Under the pieces are notes generated by a model that had not been told where the DNA came from, searched no databases, and saw only the letters and a program-made list of their open reading frames with translations. This document shows positions 32,797 through 43,324 of a stretch of DNA of 64,000 nt, one piece after another; within the stretch, counting starts at the first letter, position 1; every line of letters begins with the position of its first letter. A program made the position numbers and the translations under genes. The DNA is from Rhodoferax sp. (GTDB lineage: Bacteria > Pseudomonadota > Gammaproteobacteria > Burkholderiales > Burkholderiaceae_C), in contig JAEUOX010000172.1 of assembly GCA_016790475.1 (NCBI GenBank), positions 30,557 to 94,556 of the forward strand, read 5' to 3'.

Positions 32797-32994
32797 CTGC
32801 GCACCCCCTGGGGGCGATCTCACATCGTGGACTATTGGAACCGCAATATGCCGGTAGGCCGTGTAGAGCGCCCGCCATTCTAACCAAAGCGGCTGCGCCC
32901 ACGTCTTCATGTTAGCAACCACAAACAAATCAGGTGTTCCTTTGCTGCGACACCGAGACCGCCACAACCCGTGGCGAAGTGCCGCAGGGAGCCG

Positions 32995-33031
32995 AAAAGG
33001 CCCTCACCCGAGTCGGGATATGAGGGCCTTT
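32995..33031 (-). terminator. Intrinsic terminator of degP
   Basis: AAAGGCCCTCA...TGAGGGCCTTT stem 14 bp downstream of the degP stop, with a U-tract on the minus strand. Confidence 0.75.
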
Positions 33032-33044
33032 GCCGGCATCGCAA

Positions 33045-34508
33045 TCAGGGTCGGGCGAGCCGGATCACCGCATACTGCGCCCACTCCCCGCGACGGAACA
33101 GCACGTTGACCGGCTTGGAGCGGTCGATCCGGGCCACCGCGGCATCGAACTCCTTGACGCTGGTGACCTCGACATTGGCGATCGCCACGATCACATCACC
33201 TTCGCGCACACCGGCACGTGCGGCCGCCTCGGTCGATGCGTCAACGCGCACGCCACCCTTGAGCTTGAGTTCCTTCTTCTGCGCGTCAGTCAGCTCGCTG
33301 ACGGTCAGACCGAGCATCTGACCGGCAGCCGAAGCCCGGGGCTTCTCTTCCCGCTCTGCCGGCTTCTGGGCAACCTTGTCCGGCTCGAGTTCGGCGATCG
33401 TGACGACGAGATCCTTCGTGCCGCCACGCCGGAAGACCGTGACCGTGCTCTTGGTACCCGGCTTGATGCTGCCGACGAGCCGCGGCAGATCGCTGTGCTT
33501 CTCGATCGCCTTGCCATCGAACTTGACGATGATGTCCCCCGCCTCGATGCCGGCCTTGTCCGCCGGTGATCCGGCCTCCACTCCCCGGATGAGCGCACCG
33601 GCCGGCTTGCCCAGCCCGATCGACTCTGCGACGTCCTTGGTGACCTGGTCGATCTGCACACCGATGCGCCCGCGGGAAACCCGCCCGGACGTGCGCAGCT
33701 GGTCACTGACCCGGATCGCCTCGTCCATCGGGATCGCGAAGGAGATGCCCATGAATCCGCCCGACCGGGAGTAGATCTGGCTGTTGATGCCGATGACCTC
33801 GCCCCGCATGTTGATCAGCGGCCCGCCGGAATTGCCCGGGTTGATGGCGACATCGGTCTGGATGAACGGCAGGTAGTCGCCGGTGTCGCGCTGCTTCGCG
33901 CTGACGATGCCGGCGGTCACGGTGTTCTTGAGTCCGAAGGGCGACCCGATCGCCATGACCCATTCCCCGACCTTGAGCCGGTTGACATCCCCGACCTTGA
34001 CGGCCGGCAGCCCGCTGGCCTCGATCTTCACGACCGCGACATCGGTGCGCTTGTCGGCGCCGACGATGCGGGCCTTGAATTCGCGATCGTCCGTCAGCGT
34101 GACCAGGACCTCGTCCGCACCATCGACCACATGGGCGTTGGTCATGATGTACCCGTCGGAGGTCAGGATGAAGCCGGAACCCACGCCGCGCGGCTGTTCC
34201 TCTTCCTGGGGCTGCGGGCGGTTCTGCCGCGGTGCCTGCCGCGGGACATTCGGAATCGGCACCCCGAAGCGGCGGAAGAACTCCAGCATCTCCTCCTCGC
34301 TGCCGCCACCCGGGCGGGCCCGGGACGACACACGTTCCAGCGTGCGGATATTCACCACCGAGGGACCGACCTGCTCCACCAGTTCGGTGAAGTCGGGCAG
34401 CCCACGAACCTGGGAGAACGCCGGCGATGCCGGCACGAAAGCCACCGTGGCTCCGAACGCGACAGCCGCCAGGCATCGCCGCAAGCCCTTCCAATTCAAA
34501 TGCAACAT
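33045..34508 (-). CDS. degP: HtrA/DegP (MucD-like) periplasmic serine protease with two PDZ domains
   Basis: LPDFTELVE, GSGFI, TNAHVV, DVAVVKI, INPGNSGGPL; RBS AGGAGAGG; rpoE operon context. Confidence 0.93.
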   Translation of the reverse strand: MLHLNWKGLRRCLAAVAFGATVAFVPASPAFSQVRGLPDFTELVEQVGPSVVNIRTLERVSSRARPGGGSEEEMLEFFRRFGVPIPNVPRQAPRQNRPQPQEEEQPRGVGSGFILTSDGYIMTNAHVVDGADEVLVTLTDDREFKARIVGADKRTDVAVVKIEASGLPAVKVGDVNRLKVGEWVMAIGSPFGLKNTVTAGIVSAKQRDTGDYLPFIQTDVAINPGNSGGPLINMRGEVIGINSQIYSRSGGFMGISFAIPMDEAIRVSDQLRTSGRVSRGRIGVQIDQVTKDVAESIGLGKPAGALIRGVEAGSPADKAGIEAGDIIVKFDGKAIEKHSDLPRLVGSIKPGTKSTVTVFRRGGTKDLVVTIAELEPDKVAQKPAEREEKPRASAAGQMLGLTVSELTDAQKKELKLKGGVRVDASTEAAARAGVREGDVIVAIANVEVTSVKEFDAAVARIDRSKPVNVLFRRGEWAQYAVIRLARP

Positions 34509-34620
34509 CGTGAACCTCTCCTGATTGAAACTGGTGCGCAAGCATTCGGACTGCAGTGAACCCGCTGGACGCACTGCAGTACCTGCGCCCGATCCGGCCA
34601 CACGGCCGGTAGATGGGGCC

Positions 34621-35691
34621 CTATTTGCTGCGCTCAAGACCCTGCGCGAACGCCTGCAATGTCGACAACGGAGCCTCGCCGACGACGGTCAGCCACCAGT
34701 CGCCCGCCTTGTCGGCAATGCGTCGTGTCAGTGTGTTGGTGGCACCGACCGAAGCGACGCCCTCGGTCCCGTGGCGCTTGCGGTCAAAGGGTTCCACGAA
34801 CAGCGACACCGACGCCAGGCCATCGGAAAAGACCCACTGCAGAATGCGGTCCGTCGCCTGGGGGTCATGCGGACTGCCGGGGCGCTTGTGGCAACTCATC
34901 GACTTGAAACCAGCGACGGGGTTCTTCATCGCCCAGCCCTCGGCGGTGGCGGTCGTCTTCTCGACCTCCAGCCTTTCGATGCGATACCCCTCGGTGTTGT
35001 TCATCATCTGCGTCAGCTTGGCCATGCTCACGGGCGCATTCAGCTGCAGTTCGGAGAAAGCGACCTGCTCGACAACCTTGCCATCGGTGTCCAGCGTCTG
35101 CAGCTTGACGACCAGCCCGCTCTTCTTCTCGTTCCAGATGCGATAGCCGAATCGCAGGGGGTCTTTCGGTTGCAGCAGCACGACCTCGGCATCATGGCCG
35201 GCGACGCGCTCGGTCGCCAGCACGCGCACCCCGTAGTACTGGGCAATCGCAGAGTCGGGCGCCGCCAGCAACTGCGGGAACAGGCCCAGGGTCTCGCGGC
35301 GCTCGACGACGGCGGTACGACTCTCCGGCAGAAAGGTGATCACCTGGTCATTGCGGCGCAATGTCGACCGGGGCGGACCGCTCAGCGGCTCGACGCGTTC
35401 CATCTGCTGCACGCCGTCGCAGATGTGCCAGATCCGGGCACTGGACATGCTGGCGGCCGTGGAGACGACGAAGGTGCCGATGTAGGCGCGCTTGCGCGAA
35501 GCCTCGTGCATCCGGGTCAGCCATTCGCCGATGCTCAGATCAGCCGGCCGGGTCTCCGGGGCAGCCGCACCGGGGGCTGCCGGCGGACTAGCCAGCGCAG
35601 AACCGCCAAGCGACAGACCCATAGCGGCAGCGACCCAGAAGGATCGTGTCGTCGCGCGCAAGGACCGGACAAGCCGCATCACGGGCATCAA
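34621..35691 (-). CDS. rseB: Sigma-E regulatory protein RseB/MucB
   Basis: YIGTFVV, ERVAGH, DPLRFGYRIW, VFSDGLASVSLFVEP, WLTVVGEAP. Confidence 0.93.
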   Translation of the reverse strand: MMPVMRLVRSLRATTRSFWVAAAMGLSLGGSALASPPAAPGAAAPETRPADLSIGEWLTRMHEASRKRAYIGTFVVSTAASMSSARIWHICDGVQQMERVEPLSGPPRSTLRRNDQVITFLPESRTAVVERRETLGLFPQLLAAPDSAIAQYYGVRVLATERVAGHDAEVVLLQPKDPLRFGYRIWNEKKSGLVVKLQTLDTDGKVVEQVAFSELQLNAPVSMAKLTQMMNNTEGYRIERLEVEKTTATAEGWAMKNPVAGFKSMSCHKRPGSPHDPQATDRILQWVFSDGLASVSLFVEPFDRKRHGTEGVASVGATNTLTRRIADKAGDWWLTVVGEAPLSTLQAFAQGLERSK

Positions 35692-36302
35692 CGGCCGGAG
35701 CCGTCGAAGGTGGCATTGCGCAGGAAACCGGCCGGCATCTGCAATGCAGAGGTGCCCCCATACTGCTTGTGGGCTTCCATCAGCGCGTCCAGGCGGGCAT
35801 CACGGAGCATCACGGGTGCCGCGGCAGCCGTTGACGCGACCGGAACCTGCGACGGGTTCGCGCCCGACGCGGGCGCCGCCGCCAGCGTTCCGGAAGGCTC
35901 CGTCAGGCTCGCGACATGCCAACCGAACACGGCCACGGCGGTCAGGGAGGCCGCTGCGGCAAACAGCTTCCAGCGGATCAGTGCATCGTTGGCGCTCGGT
36001 GCAGGCACCGGCAATGCGGCTTCGGCCGCGCGCGGTGGCAGGACGTCGACCGGGACGGGGCGAACCACCACCTCCGTGGCCATCCGCTCCCGGAAATGCG
36101 CCAGGAAGGCATCGCCGCACGCCAGGGCGGCGGGCGCCTGGCCGCGCAGCGTCTGCCCGACAACCTGGTAGGTCTGCCAAATCCGCAAAGCCTCCGTGGT
36201 CCGGCTGGCCGCAGCCACCGCATCCGGCAAATCGGCAGCCGCCACTTCCCCGTCGACCAGGGCGGAAATCAGTTCATGGGTCTCAGTGCTCTTTGGATGC
36301 AT
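35688..36302 (-). CDS. rseA: Anti-sigma-E factor RseA/MucA
   Basis: ELISALVDGE...WQTYQVVGQTLR N-terminus, single TM, MLRDARLDALMEAH C-terminus. Confidence 0.92.
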   Translation of the reverse strand: MHPKSTETHELISALVDGEVAAADLPDAVAAASRTTEALRIWQTYQVVGQTLRGQAPAALACGDAFLAHFRERMATEVVVRPVPVDVLPPRAAEAALPVPAPSANDALIRWKLFAAAASLTAVAVFGWHVASLTEPSGTLAAAPASGANPSQVPVASTAAAAPVMLRDARLDALMEAHKQYGGTSALQMPAGFLRNATFDGSGR

Positions 36303-36323
36303 CTTGTCGTACCTCGTCTGCCA

Positions 36324-36965
36324 TTACCAACGCTTGCCGGTCTGGTTTTCCAGCATCGGGCGGATGCGACTGGAGATCGCCTCCCGGGCCCGGAAAATGC
36401 GCGAACGAACCGTTCCGATCGGACAATTCATGATCACGGCAATCTCGTCGTAGGTGAGTCCCTCGATTTCCCGCAGCGTCACGGCCTGGCGAAGGTCTTC
36501 AGGCAAAGCCTCCATGGCCGCATTGACCACACCGGCAATTTCCTTGGCCGCCAACACCGACTCGGGTGTCTCGTCCATCATTGGTTCGTTTCTGGGCTGG
36601 GAAGTTTCATCTTCGTCGTCAGAACCCGGAAATCCCCCCTCCAGCACTGTAGGCGCGTGCTTGAGCTCCATCAAGGATTTTTTCGCCGTGTTGACCGCGA
36701 TGCGGTACAGCCAGGTGTAGAACTGCGCATCCCCGCGAAACTGGTGCAAGGCGCGGTAGGCCCGGATGAAAGTCTCCTGCGCAATGTCCTCGACAAGATC
36801 CACATCCCGGACCATGCGCCCGATCAGACGCTGGATACGGGACTGGTACTTCACCACCAGCAGTTCGAAGGCGCGCTGGTCACCCGCCAGGGTCCGCTCG
36901 ACCAGCAGCAGGTCACTGTCATTCCCCCCGCTCGCCACCGGAGGAAACCGGGCCGGGCCGGTCAT
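36324..36965 (-). CDS. rpoE: ECF RNA polymerase sigma factor RpoE
   Basis: DLLLVER...AFELLVVKYQ, DIAQETFIRAYR, FYTWLYRIAVN, CPIGTVRSRIFRARE. Confidence 0.97.
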   Translation of the reverse strand: MTGPARFPPVASGGNDSDLLLVERTLAGDQRAFELLVVKYQSRIQRLIGRMVRDVDLVEDIAQETFIRAYRALHQFRGDAQFYTWLYRIAVNTAKKSLMELKHAPTVLEGGFPGSDDEDETSQPRNEPMMDETPESVLAAKEIAGVVNAAMEALPEDLRQAVTLREIEGLTYDEIAVIMNCPIGTVRSRIFRAREAISSRIRPMLENQTGKRW

Positions 36966-37450
36966 GCCGCGGAACCCGGGGGGACCGGGCCTGCGGGGAC
37001 AAGCGCCCCGACAGCCGCCGGACCCGTGGCCTGGAACGCAAACAATGCGCGACGCAAGGCCCTCCAGCGGGCGGGATCGCCAGCGGGTACCAACCAGAGC
37101 CACTGCGGAACCCCGTGCCGGGCGGCACGGAACACCACCAGCATCAGCCTCTGACCATCGATGGCCACGATCGGGACGCCGGACACCGGCGTGCCGGAAC
37201 GCCCTGCCCAGGTCCATTGCACGCCATCCCAGTGCAACTGGCCCGGCTCCGTCCGCGCCCAGGATCGCCAGGCACCAACCAGCAGCAGCAGCGTGGCGAT
37301 CAGGCACAGGCGCTGGACAGGGTCCCACTCGGGACGCTCCCACCACCAGACACCCTGGCTCGCGACGGCCAGCGCGCTCAGGGACAGCAGCACCGCCGCA
37401 TGCACGCGCGTTCGGGAAACCTGCCAGAGAACCGACGGAGCCTGGTGCAT
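36962..37450 (-). CDS. Hypothetical membrane protein (possibly YgfX-like)
   Basis: Two N-terminal TM segments, Trp-rich, C-terminal WLWL...ARWRALRRAL; ATGA overlap with the rpoE start. Confidence 0.75.
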   Translation of the reverse strand: MHQAPSVLWQVSRTRVHAAVLLSLSALAVASQGVWWWERPEWDPVQRLCLIATLLLLVGAWRSWARTEPGQLHWDGVQWTWAGRSGTPVSGVPIVAIDGQRLMLVVFRAARHGVPQWLWLVPAGDPARWRALRRALFAFQATGPAAVGALVPAGPVPPGSAA

Positions 37451-37502
37451 GGGATGTCCGGTGCGGCCGGCTCAGACCCGGCCCGGTCGGGTCAGCGCGC
37501 GC

Positions 37503-38747
37503 TCAGTAGCGCTTGAAGACCAGCGTCCCATTGGTGCCGCCGAATCCGAAGTTGTTCTTGACGGCGACGTTGATCTTCAGGTCCCGCGCGGTATTGGCGC
37601 AGTAGTCCAGATCGCATTCCGGATCCTGGTTGAAGATGTTGATCGTCGGCGGACTCTTCTGGTGGTGCACGGCCAGCACCGTGAACACCGACTCGATCCC
37701 GCCGGCGCCACCCAGCAGATGGCCCGTCATCGACTTGGTCGAATTGACGACGATGTTGCGGGCATGCTCGCCGAGCGCCGCCTTGATCGCGTTGCTCTCG
37801 TTCAGGTCGCCCAGTGGCGTGGAGGTGCCGTGGGCGTTCAGGTAGTCGACGTCCTGCGGATTCACGCCGGCATTGCGCAGCGCCTGGACCATCGCGCGCC
37901 GGGGGCCGTCCATGTTGGGCGCCGTCATGTGGCCGGCGTCCGCGCTCATGCCGAAACCAGCCAGCTCGGCATAGATGCGCGCGCCGCGGGCCTTCGCATG
38001 CTCCAGTTCTTCGAGCACCAGCACGCCGGCGCCCTCCCCCAGCACGAAACCGTCACGATCCCGGTCCCAGGGCCGCGATGCGGTCTTCGGGTCGTCGTTG
38101 CGGGTGGACAGCGCGCGCATTGCGGCAAAACCGCCGATGCCCAGCGGCGACACCGTGGCCTCCGAGCCACCGGCCACCACGACATCCGCGTCACCGTACT
38201 CGATCATCCGGCCGGCCTCGCCGATGCAGTGCAGACCGGTCGTGCAGGCCGTCACCACCGCCAGGTTCGGCCCCTTGAAACCGAAGCGCATCGACACATG
38301 GCCGGCGATCATGTTGATGATGGACGCGGGAACAAAGAACGGGGATATGCGGCGCGGGCCGCGGCTGGTCAGTTCCTCATGCGTTGCCTCGATCATCGGC
38401 AGACCACCGATGCCCGAGCCGATGACGCAGGCAATACGCGTCGCCAACTCCTCGCCGAGCGCATCGCCGGTCGGAAGACCCGCATCGGCCACTGCCTGCA
38501 CCGAGGCGGCAATGCCGAAGTGGATGAAGGTGTCCATCGTGCGGGCTTCCTTGGCCCGGATGTAGGACTCCAGATCGAAACCCTTGACTTCACCGGCAAA
38601 CTTGCAGGCGAAGCTGGATGCGTCAAACCTGGTGATCAGATCGATACCGGACTGGCCAGCCAGAAGACTGTCCCAGGCCTGTGCCACGGTGTTTCCGACA
38701 GGACTGACACAACCCAAACCGGTGACGACGACACGACGACGGGACAT
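37503..38747 (-). CDS. fabF: 3-oxoacyl-ACP synthase II
   Basis: RRVVVTGLG, TACTTG, RDGFVLGEGAG, NAHGTSTP, TKSMTGHLLG, NNFGFGGTN. Confidence 0.98.
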   Translation of the reverse strand: MSRRRVVVTGLGCVSPVGNTVAQAWDSLLAGQSGIDLITRFDASSFACKFAGEVKGFDLESYIRAKEARTMDTFIHFGIAASVQAVADAGLPTGDALGEELATRIACVIGSGIGGLPMIEATHEELTSRGPRRISPFFVPASIINMIAGHVSMRFGFKGPNLAVVTACTTGLHCIGEAGRMIEYGDADVVVAGGSEATVSPLGIGGFAAMRALSTRNDDPKTASRPWDRDRDGFVLGEGAGVLVLEELEHAKARGARIYAELAGFGMSADAGHMTAPNMDGPRRAMVQALRNAGVNPQDVDYLNAHGTSTPLGDLNESNAIKAALGEHARNIVVNSTKSMTGHLLGGAGGIESVFTVLAVHHQKSPPTINIFNQDPECDLDYCANTARDLKINVAVKNNFGFGGTNGTLVFKRY

Positions 38748-38844
38748 GAAGGCTGTTCCAGGTAATCAGTGATCCACTGCGCCGCGATGCGGCCGGCGCA
38801 GACTCAAGCCATGGGCCGGGCCCGCGTGCCGGACCCCGGCCGCC

Positions 38845-39120
<276 letters not shown>

Positions 39121-39193
39121 TTAGCCGTCCCGCAGGGCGGCAGCGTGGGGGCATGGGGTCGGCACCTCCCGCGGTCCCGGCGACGGCAGCCGG

Positions 39194-39940
39194 CTACATG
39201 TACATCCCGCCATTCACGTGCAGTTCCTGACCCGTCACGTAGGCGGCCTGGGCCGATGCGAGGTAGGCCACGGCATGCGCGATCTCGGCCGGCTGCCCGA
39301 GACGGCCTGCGGGTATCTGCCCGAGCAGGGCCTTCTGTTGCTCTGCCGGCAGCGACGCGGTCATGTCCGTCTCGATGAAGCCCGGCGCGACACAGTTCAC
39401 CGTGATGTTGCGCGAGGCCAGCTCACGGGCCAGCGCGCGGGTCATCCCTGCCACGCCGGCCTTGGCCGCCGCGTAGTTGCTCTGGCCGGGATTGCCGGAC
39501 GCACCAACGACCGAGGTGATGTTGATGATGCGCCCATACCGCTGCTTCATCATCGTGCGCATCACCGCGCGGCTCATCCGGAACACCGCCTTCAGGTTGG
39601 TGTCGAGCACGGCATCCCAGTCCTCGTCCTTCAGGCGCATCGCCAGCATGTCGCGCGTGATGCCGGCATTGTTGACCAGCACATGCAATCCGCCGCCACG
39701 GCGCGTGACCTGCTCGACCGCTGCATCGCACGCGGCGGCATCCGTGACGTCCAGCAGGACGCCATGGCAGCCCGGGAAAGCCGCCAGCGCGGCATCGATG
39801 GATTGGGCGCCAGCGGCCGTGGTTGCCGTGCCGGCCACCAGGTAGCCCTGCCGGGCCAGTTCCAGCGCGATGGCGCGCCCGATGCCCCGCGATGCGCCGG
39901 TGACCAGCGCGACCTGGGGCGTGGATGCGTTGTCGCTCAT
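39194..39940 (-). CDS. fabG: 3-oxoacyl-ACP reductase
   Basis: VTGASRGIG, NNAGITRD, YAAAK, VAPGFIETDMT. Confidence 0.97.
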   Translation of the reverse strand: MSDNASTPQVALVTGASRGIGRAIALELARQGYLVAGTATTAAGAQSIDAALAAFPGCHGVLLDVTDAAACDAAVEQVTRRGGGLHVLVNNAGITRDMLAMRLKDEDWDAVLDTNLKAVFRMSRAVMRTMMKQRYGRIINITSVVGASGNPGQSNYAAAKAGVAGMTRALARELASRNITVNCVAPGFIETDMTASLPAEQQKALLGQIPAGRLGQPAEIAHAVAYLASAQAAYVTGQELHVNGGMYM

Positions 39941-40908
39941 GCGCCCGCCTCCTGCAGTGCCTGGGCCACGGCTTCGCAGCTCGCAGGATCCAGCAGGGAG
40001 AGCCCGGTCATGCCGGGGTCGATGCGCGCGACCATGCCCGCGAGCACCTTGCCAGGACCGCACTCGACGACATGCGACAGACCGCGCCCGCGCAGCGCCT
40101 GGATGCATTCGACCCAGCGCACCGCGCCGAAAGCCTGGCGGAACAGCGCATCGCGGATGCGCTGGACGTCCTGCTCGACGGCCACGTCAACGTTGTTGAC
40201 GAGCGGAATCCGGGGGGATTTCAGGTCGACATGGACCAACGCGTCCCGGAGCTTGTCCGCCGCAGGCCGCATCAGGCGGGAATGGAACGGCGCGGAGACC
40301 GGCAGCAGCAGCGCCCGCCGGGCTCCGTTCGCCTTGAGCACTTCGCAGGCGCGCTCCACCGCCGCCTTGCTGCCGGCAATGACGGTCTGCGCCGGCTCAT
40401 TGAAGTTGGCAGCCTGCACCAATTCTGCGCTGCCGGCACCGAAACCCTGCGTCACCTCCTCGCACAGGGCCTGCACTTTCTGCGCATCCAGCCCCAGCAC
40501 CGCGGCCATCGCCCCGGTGCCCACCGGCACGGCCTCCTGCATGGCCTGCGCACGCAGGCGCACCAGCGGCGCCGCCTGTGCGAGCGTCAGCGCGCCGGCG
40601 GCGACCAAGGCGGAATACTCACCCAGCGAATGCCCGGCGACGGCATCCGGCGCCCGGCCGGTCCGGCCCATCCAGACGCGGTAGGCGGCAACCCCTGCCA
40701 CCAGCATGACCGGCTGGGTGTTGGTGGTGAGCGCGAGCGCCTCCTTGGGACCTTGCCGGATCAGCGCGCCGACATCCTCGTGCAGCGCATCCGACGCCTC
40801 CTGCAGCGTCTGCGCCACCACCGGGTCATCGCCCCAGGCGTCGAGCATGCCCACCGACTGGGAGCCCTGGCCCGGGAACACAAAGGCAAATGGTTTCATC
40901 GTCTTCAT
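39937..40908 (-). CDS. fabD: Malonyl-CoA:ACP transacylase
   Basis: FPGQGSQ, GHSLGEY, VSAPFHS. Confidence 0.97.
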   Translation of the reverse strand: MKTMKPFAFVFPGQGSQSVGMLDAWGDDPVVAQTLQEASDALHEDVGALIRQGPKEALALTTNTQPVMLVAGVAAYRVWMGRTGRAPDAVAGHSLGEYSALVAAGALTLAQAAPLVRLRAQAMQEAVPVGTGAMAAVLGLDAQKVQALCEEVTQGFGAGSAELVQAANFNEPAQTVIAGSKAAVERACEVLKANGARRALLLPVSAPFHSRLMRPAADKLRDALVHVDLKSPRIPLVNNVDVAVEQDVQRIRDALFRQAFGAVRWVECIQALRGRGLSHVVECGPGKVLAGMVARIDPGMTGLSLLDPASCEAVAQALQEAGA

Positions 40909-41882
40909 AGGTTCAACAGGACCGCGCCCCAGGTGAAACCGCCACCGACACCTTCGAGCATCACCAGCTGGCCGGGGAGAATGCGCCCGCCACGGACGCC
41001 GGCGTCCAGCGCCAGCGGCACGGACGCCGCCGAGGTGTTGCCGTGCTGATCGACGGTCACCATCACATGGTCCATCGACAGCTTGAGGCGCTTGGCGGTG
41101 CTTTGCATGATGCGGATGTTCGCCTGGTGCGGAATCAGCCAGTCCAGCTGCGCAGGCTCCTTGCCGGCCTTGGCCAGCACGGCGCGCGCCGATTCCTCCA
41201 GCACGCCGACCGCCAGCTTGAAGACCGCTTGTCCATCCATCTTGAGCAGCGGATCACCGAGCACCTGCCCGCCGGTCACGTGCCCCGGCACACACAGAAT
41301 GTCGACATGCTTGCCGTCGGCGTGGAGGTCGGTCGCCAGGATGCCGGGCTTGTCGGAGGCTTCCAGCACCACGGCGCCGGCGCCGTCGCCAAACAGCACG
41401 CAGGTCGTGCGGTCCTTGAAATCCAGGATGCGCGAGAACACCTCGGCACCAACGACCAGCGCCCGGTTGGCTGCACCCGACTGGATCATCGCGTCCGCCA
41501 CCGTCATCGCGTAGACGAAGCCGCTGCAGACCGCCTGGACGTCGAACGCGGCACCGCCCGCAGATCCCAGCTTGTGTTGCAGGATGCAGGCCGTGGACGG
41601 GAACACCATGTCCGGCGTGGAGGTGGCCACGATGATCAGGTCGATGTCGGTCGGCGCCAGCCCGGCGGCCTGCAGGGCCTGCTGCGAGGCCTTCAACGCC
41701 AGGTCGCTGCTGCCGACATCGGGCTCGGCAAAATGCCGGGCCCGGATCCCGGTGCGCTCGACGATCCACTCGTCGCTGGTCTCCACCCCCTTGGCAGCCA
41801 GTTCCCGGACCAGGTCCGCATTGCTCAGGCGCCGTGGCGGCAGGTAGCTTCCCGTACCGGTGATTCTGGAATAGCGTCTCAT
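40905..41882 (-). CDS. fabH: 3-oxoacyl-ACP synthase III
   Basis: [34 protein letters not shown]. Confidence 0.97.
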   Translation of the reverse strand: MRRYSRITGTGSYLPPRRLSNADLVRELAAKGVETSDEWIVERTGIRARHFAEPDVGSSDLALKASQQALQAAGLAPTDIDLIIVATSTPDMVFPSTACILQHKLGSAGGAAFDVQAVCSGFVYAMTVADAMIQSGAANRALVVGAEVFSRILDFKDRTTCVLFGDGAGAVVLEASDKPGILATDLHADGKHVDILCVPGHVTGGQVLGDPLLKMDGQAVFKLAVGVLEESARAVLAKAGKEPAQLDWLIPHQANIRIMQSTAKRLKLSMDHVMVTVDQHGNTSAASVPLALDAGVRGGRILPGQLVMLEGVGGGFTWGAVLLNL

Positions 41883-42934
41883 GCGTTTTCTTGGGTAGAC
41901 GAGCCTGACGGAGCAGACCCCGCGCCGGGCGCCAACAGTGGCCGGGCCAGCGCGATGCGGGTCTGCACCCGGTCCAGCAGTTGGTTGCGTGCCGCATCAT
42001 ACGCGCGCGCGAGCGCCTGCTCGAAGGCCAGCGAATCCGCCGACCCGTGGCTCTTGAATACCAGACCGCGCAGGCCGAGCAGTGCCGCGCCGTTGTAGCG
42101 TCGGTGGTCCACCCGGCGCTTGAAGGCCGACAGCACCGGGTAGGCCACCACGGCGGCAGCCCGCGTCCAGATCGAACGGGAGAACTCCGAGCGCAGGAAA
42201 TCCCCGATCATCGAGGCCACGCCCTCGGTGGCCTTCAGCGCCACGTTGCCGACGAAACCGTCGCAGACAACGATGTCCACCGTGCCCTTGAAGATGTCGT
42301 TGCCCTCGACGTTGCCGTGGAATCGCAGCGCCCCGGCGGCGTCCGCCGCTCGCAGCAGTTCGCCGGCCCGCTTGATCGTGTCATTGCCCTTGATGACCTC
42401 TTCGCCAATATTGAGCAGGCCGATCGTCGGGTTGCCGGTATCGCGAAGCACAGACACCAGCGCAGACCCCATGAAGGCGAACTGCAGCAGATGCTCGGCG
42501 GTGCAATCCACATTGGCGCCCAGATCCAGCACGGTGGTTGCACCGCCCCGGGCATTGGGCAACTGGGTCGCGATGGCCGGTCGGTCAATGCCATCCATCG
42601 TCTTGAGCAGATAGCGCGATATCGCCATCAGTGCGCCGGTGTTGCCGGCCGACACCGCCACCTGGGCAGCGCCGTCCTTGACCTGCTGCACCGCGACGCG
42701 CATCGAGGAGTCCTTCTTCTTGCGCAAGGCCACCTCGACCGGGTCATCCATGCCCACCACCTCGGTGGCGGCGACCACCGTCATGCGGTCGTCACCGGGG
42801 ATGCCGATGCGCTCCGGCATCCCGACCAGCACCAGGCGCGCATCCGGGTGGCTCCGGAGAAAGTTGCGGCATGCCGGCAACGTCACGGAGACGCCGTGGT
42901 CCCCGCCCATGCAATCGACAGCAATGCTTGTCAT
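41879..42934 (-). CDS. plsX: Phosphate acyltransferase PlsX
   Basis: [40 protein letters not shown]. Confidence 0.97.
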   Translation of the reverse strand: MTSIAVDCMGGDHGVSVTLPACRNFLRSHPDARLVLVGMPERIGIPGDDRMTVVAATEVVGMDDPVEVALRKKKDSSMRVAVQQVKDGAAQVAVSAGNTGALMAISRYLLKTMDGIDRPAIATQLPNARGGATTVLDLGANVDCTAEHLLQFAFMGSALVSVLRDTGNPTIGLLNIGEEVIKGNDTIKRAGELLRAADAAGALRFHGNVEGNDIFKGTVDIVVCDGFVGNVALKATEGVASMIGDFLRSEFSRSIWTRAAAVVAYPVLSAFKRRVDHRRYNGAALLGLRGLVFKSHGSADSLAFEQALARAYDAARNQLLDRVQTRIALARPLLAPGAGSAPSGSSTQENA

Positions 42935-43042
42935 CGTTGATCAGCGCCGGCGCGCGAACGCGCCCTACGGATGCGGCCCATCAATGCAAAAAGCCCGGCG
43001 CTACCATCTCGATAGCGTCGGGCCGATACGCATGCCGCGGGA

Positions 43043-43225
43043 TCAGGCTTCCGTCTTGGTCTTGAGCACCTTGCGGCCACGGTAGAAGCCGGTCGGGCTG
43101 ATGTGGTGACGCAGGTGGGTTTCGCCGGTGGTGGGTTCCACCGCGATGCCGGGCACCGTCAGCGCGTTGTGCGAACGATGCATGCCGCGCTTGGACGGCG
43201 ACTTCTTGTTTTGCTGGACGGCCAT
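43043..43225 (-). CDS. rpmF: 50S ribosomal protein L32 (Cys-less form)
   Basis: [19 protein letters not shown]...HLRHH; AGGAG RBS; TATACT -10 at 43313-43318 on the minus strand. Confidence 0.97.
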   Translation of the reverse strand: MAVQQNKKSPSKRGMHRSHNALTVPGIAVEPTTGETHLRHHISPTGFYRGRKVLKTKTEA

Positions 43226-43324
43226 GATCCGCTCCTTGAGGCTTTGGCGCGGCGCGCTGCGCCACGACGGGTTGATGGTTGCGCAATCAGCCGTAGCTGT
43301 GCGAAGCCCGCGAGTATAACCCAA

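Noticed and set aside
32690-32885. Calling the DnaA-box cluster oriC
   Set aside because: Only one consensus box, no evident unwinding-element repeats and no dnaA/gidA/par context; cannot be settled without genome-wide skew.
32552-33109. 61-77 aa ORFs in the degP-lepA spacer
   Set aside because: Atypical codon usage, no RBS or motifs, and they overlap terminators and DnaA-like boxes; the region reads as regulatory.
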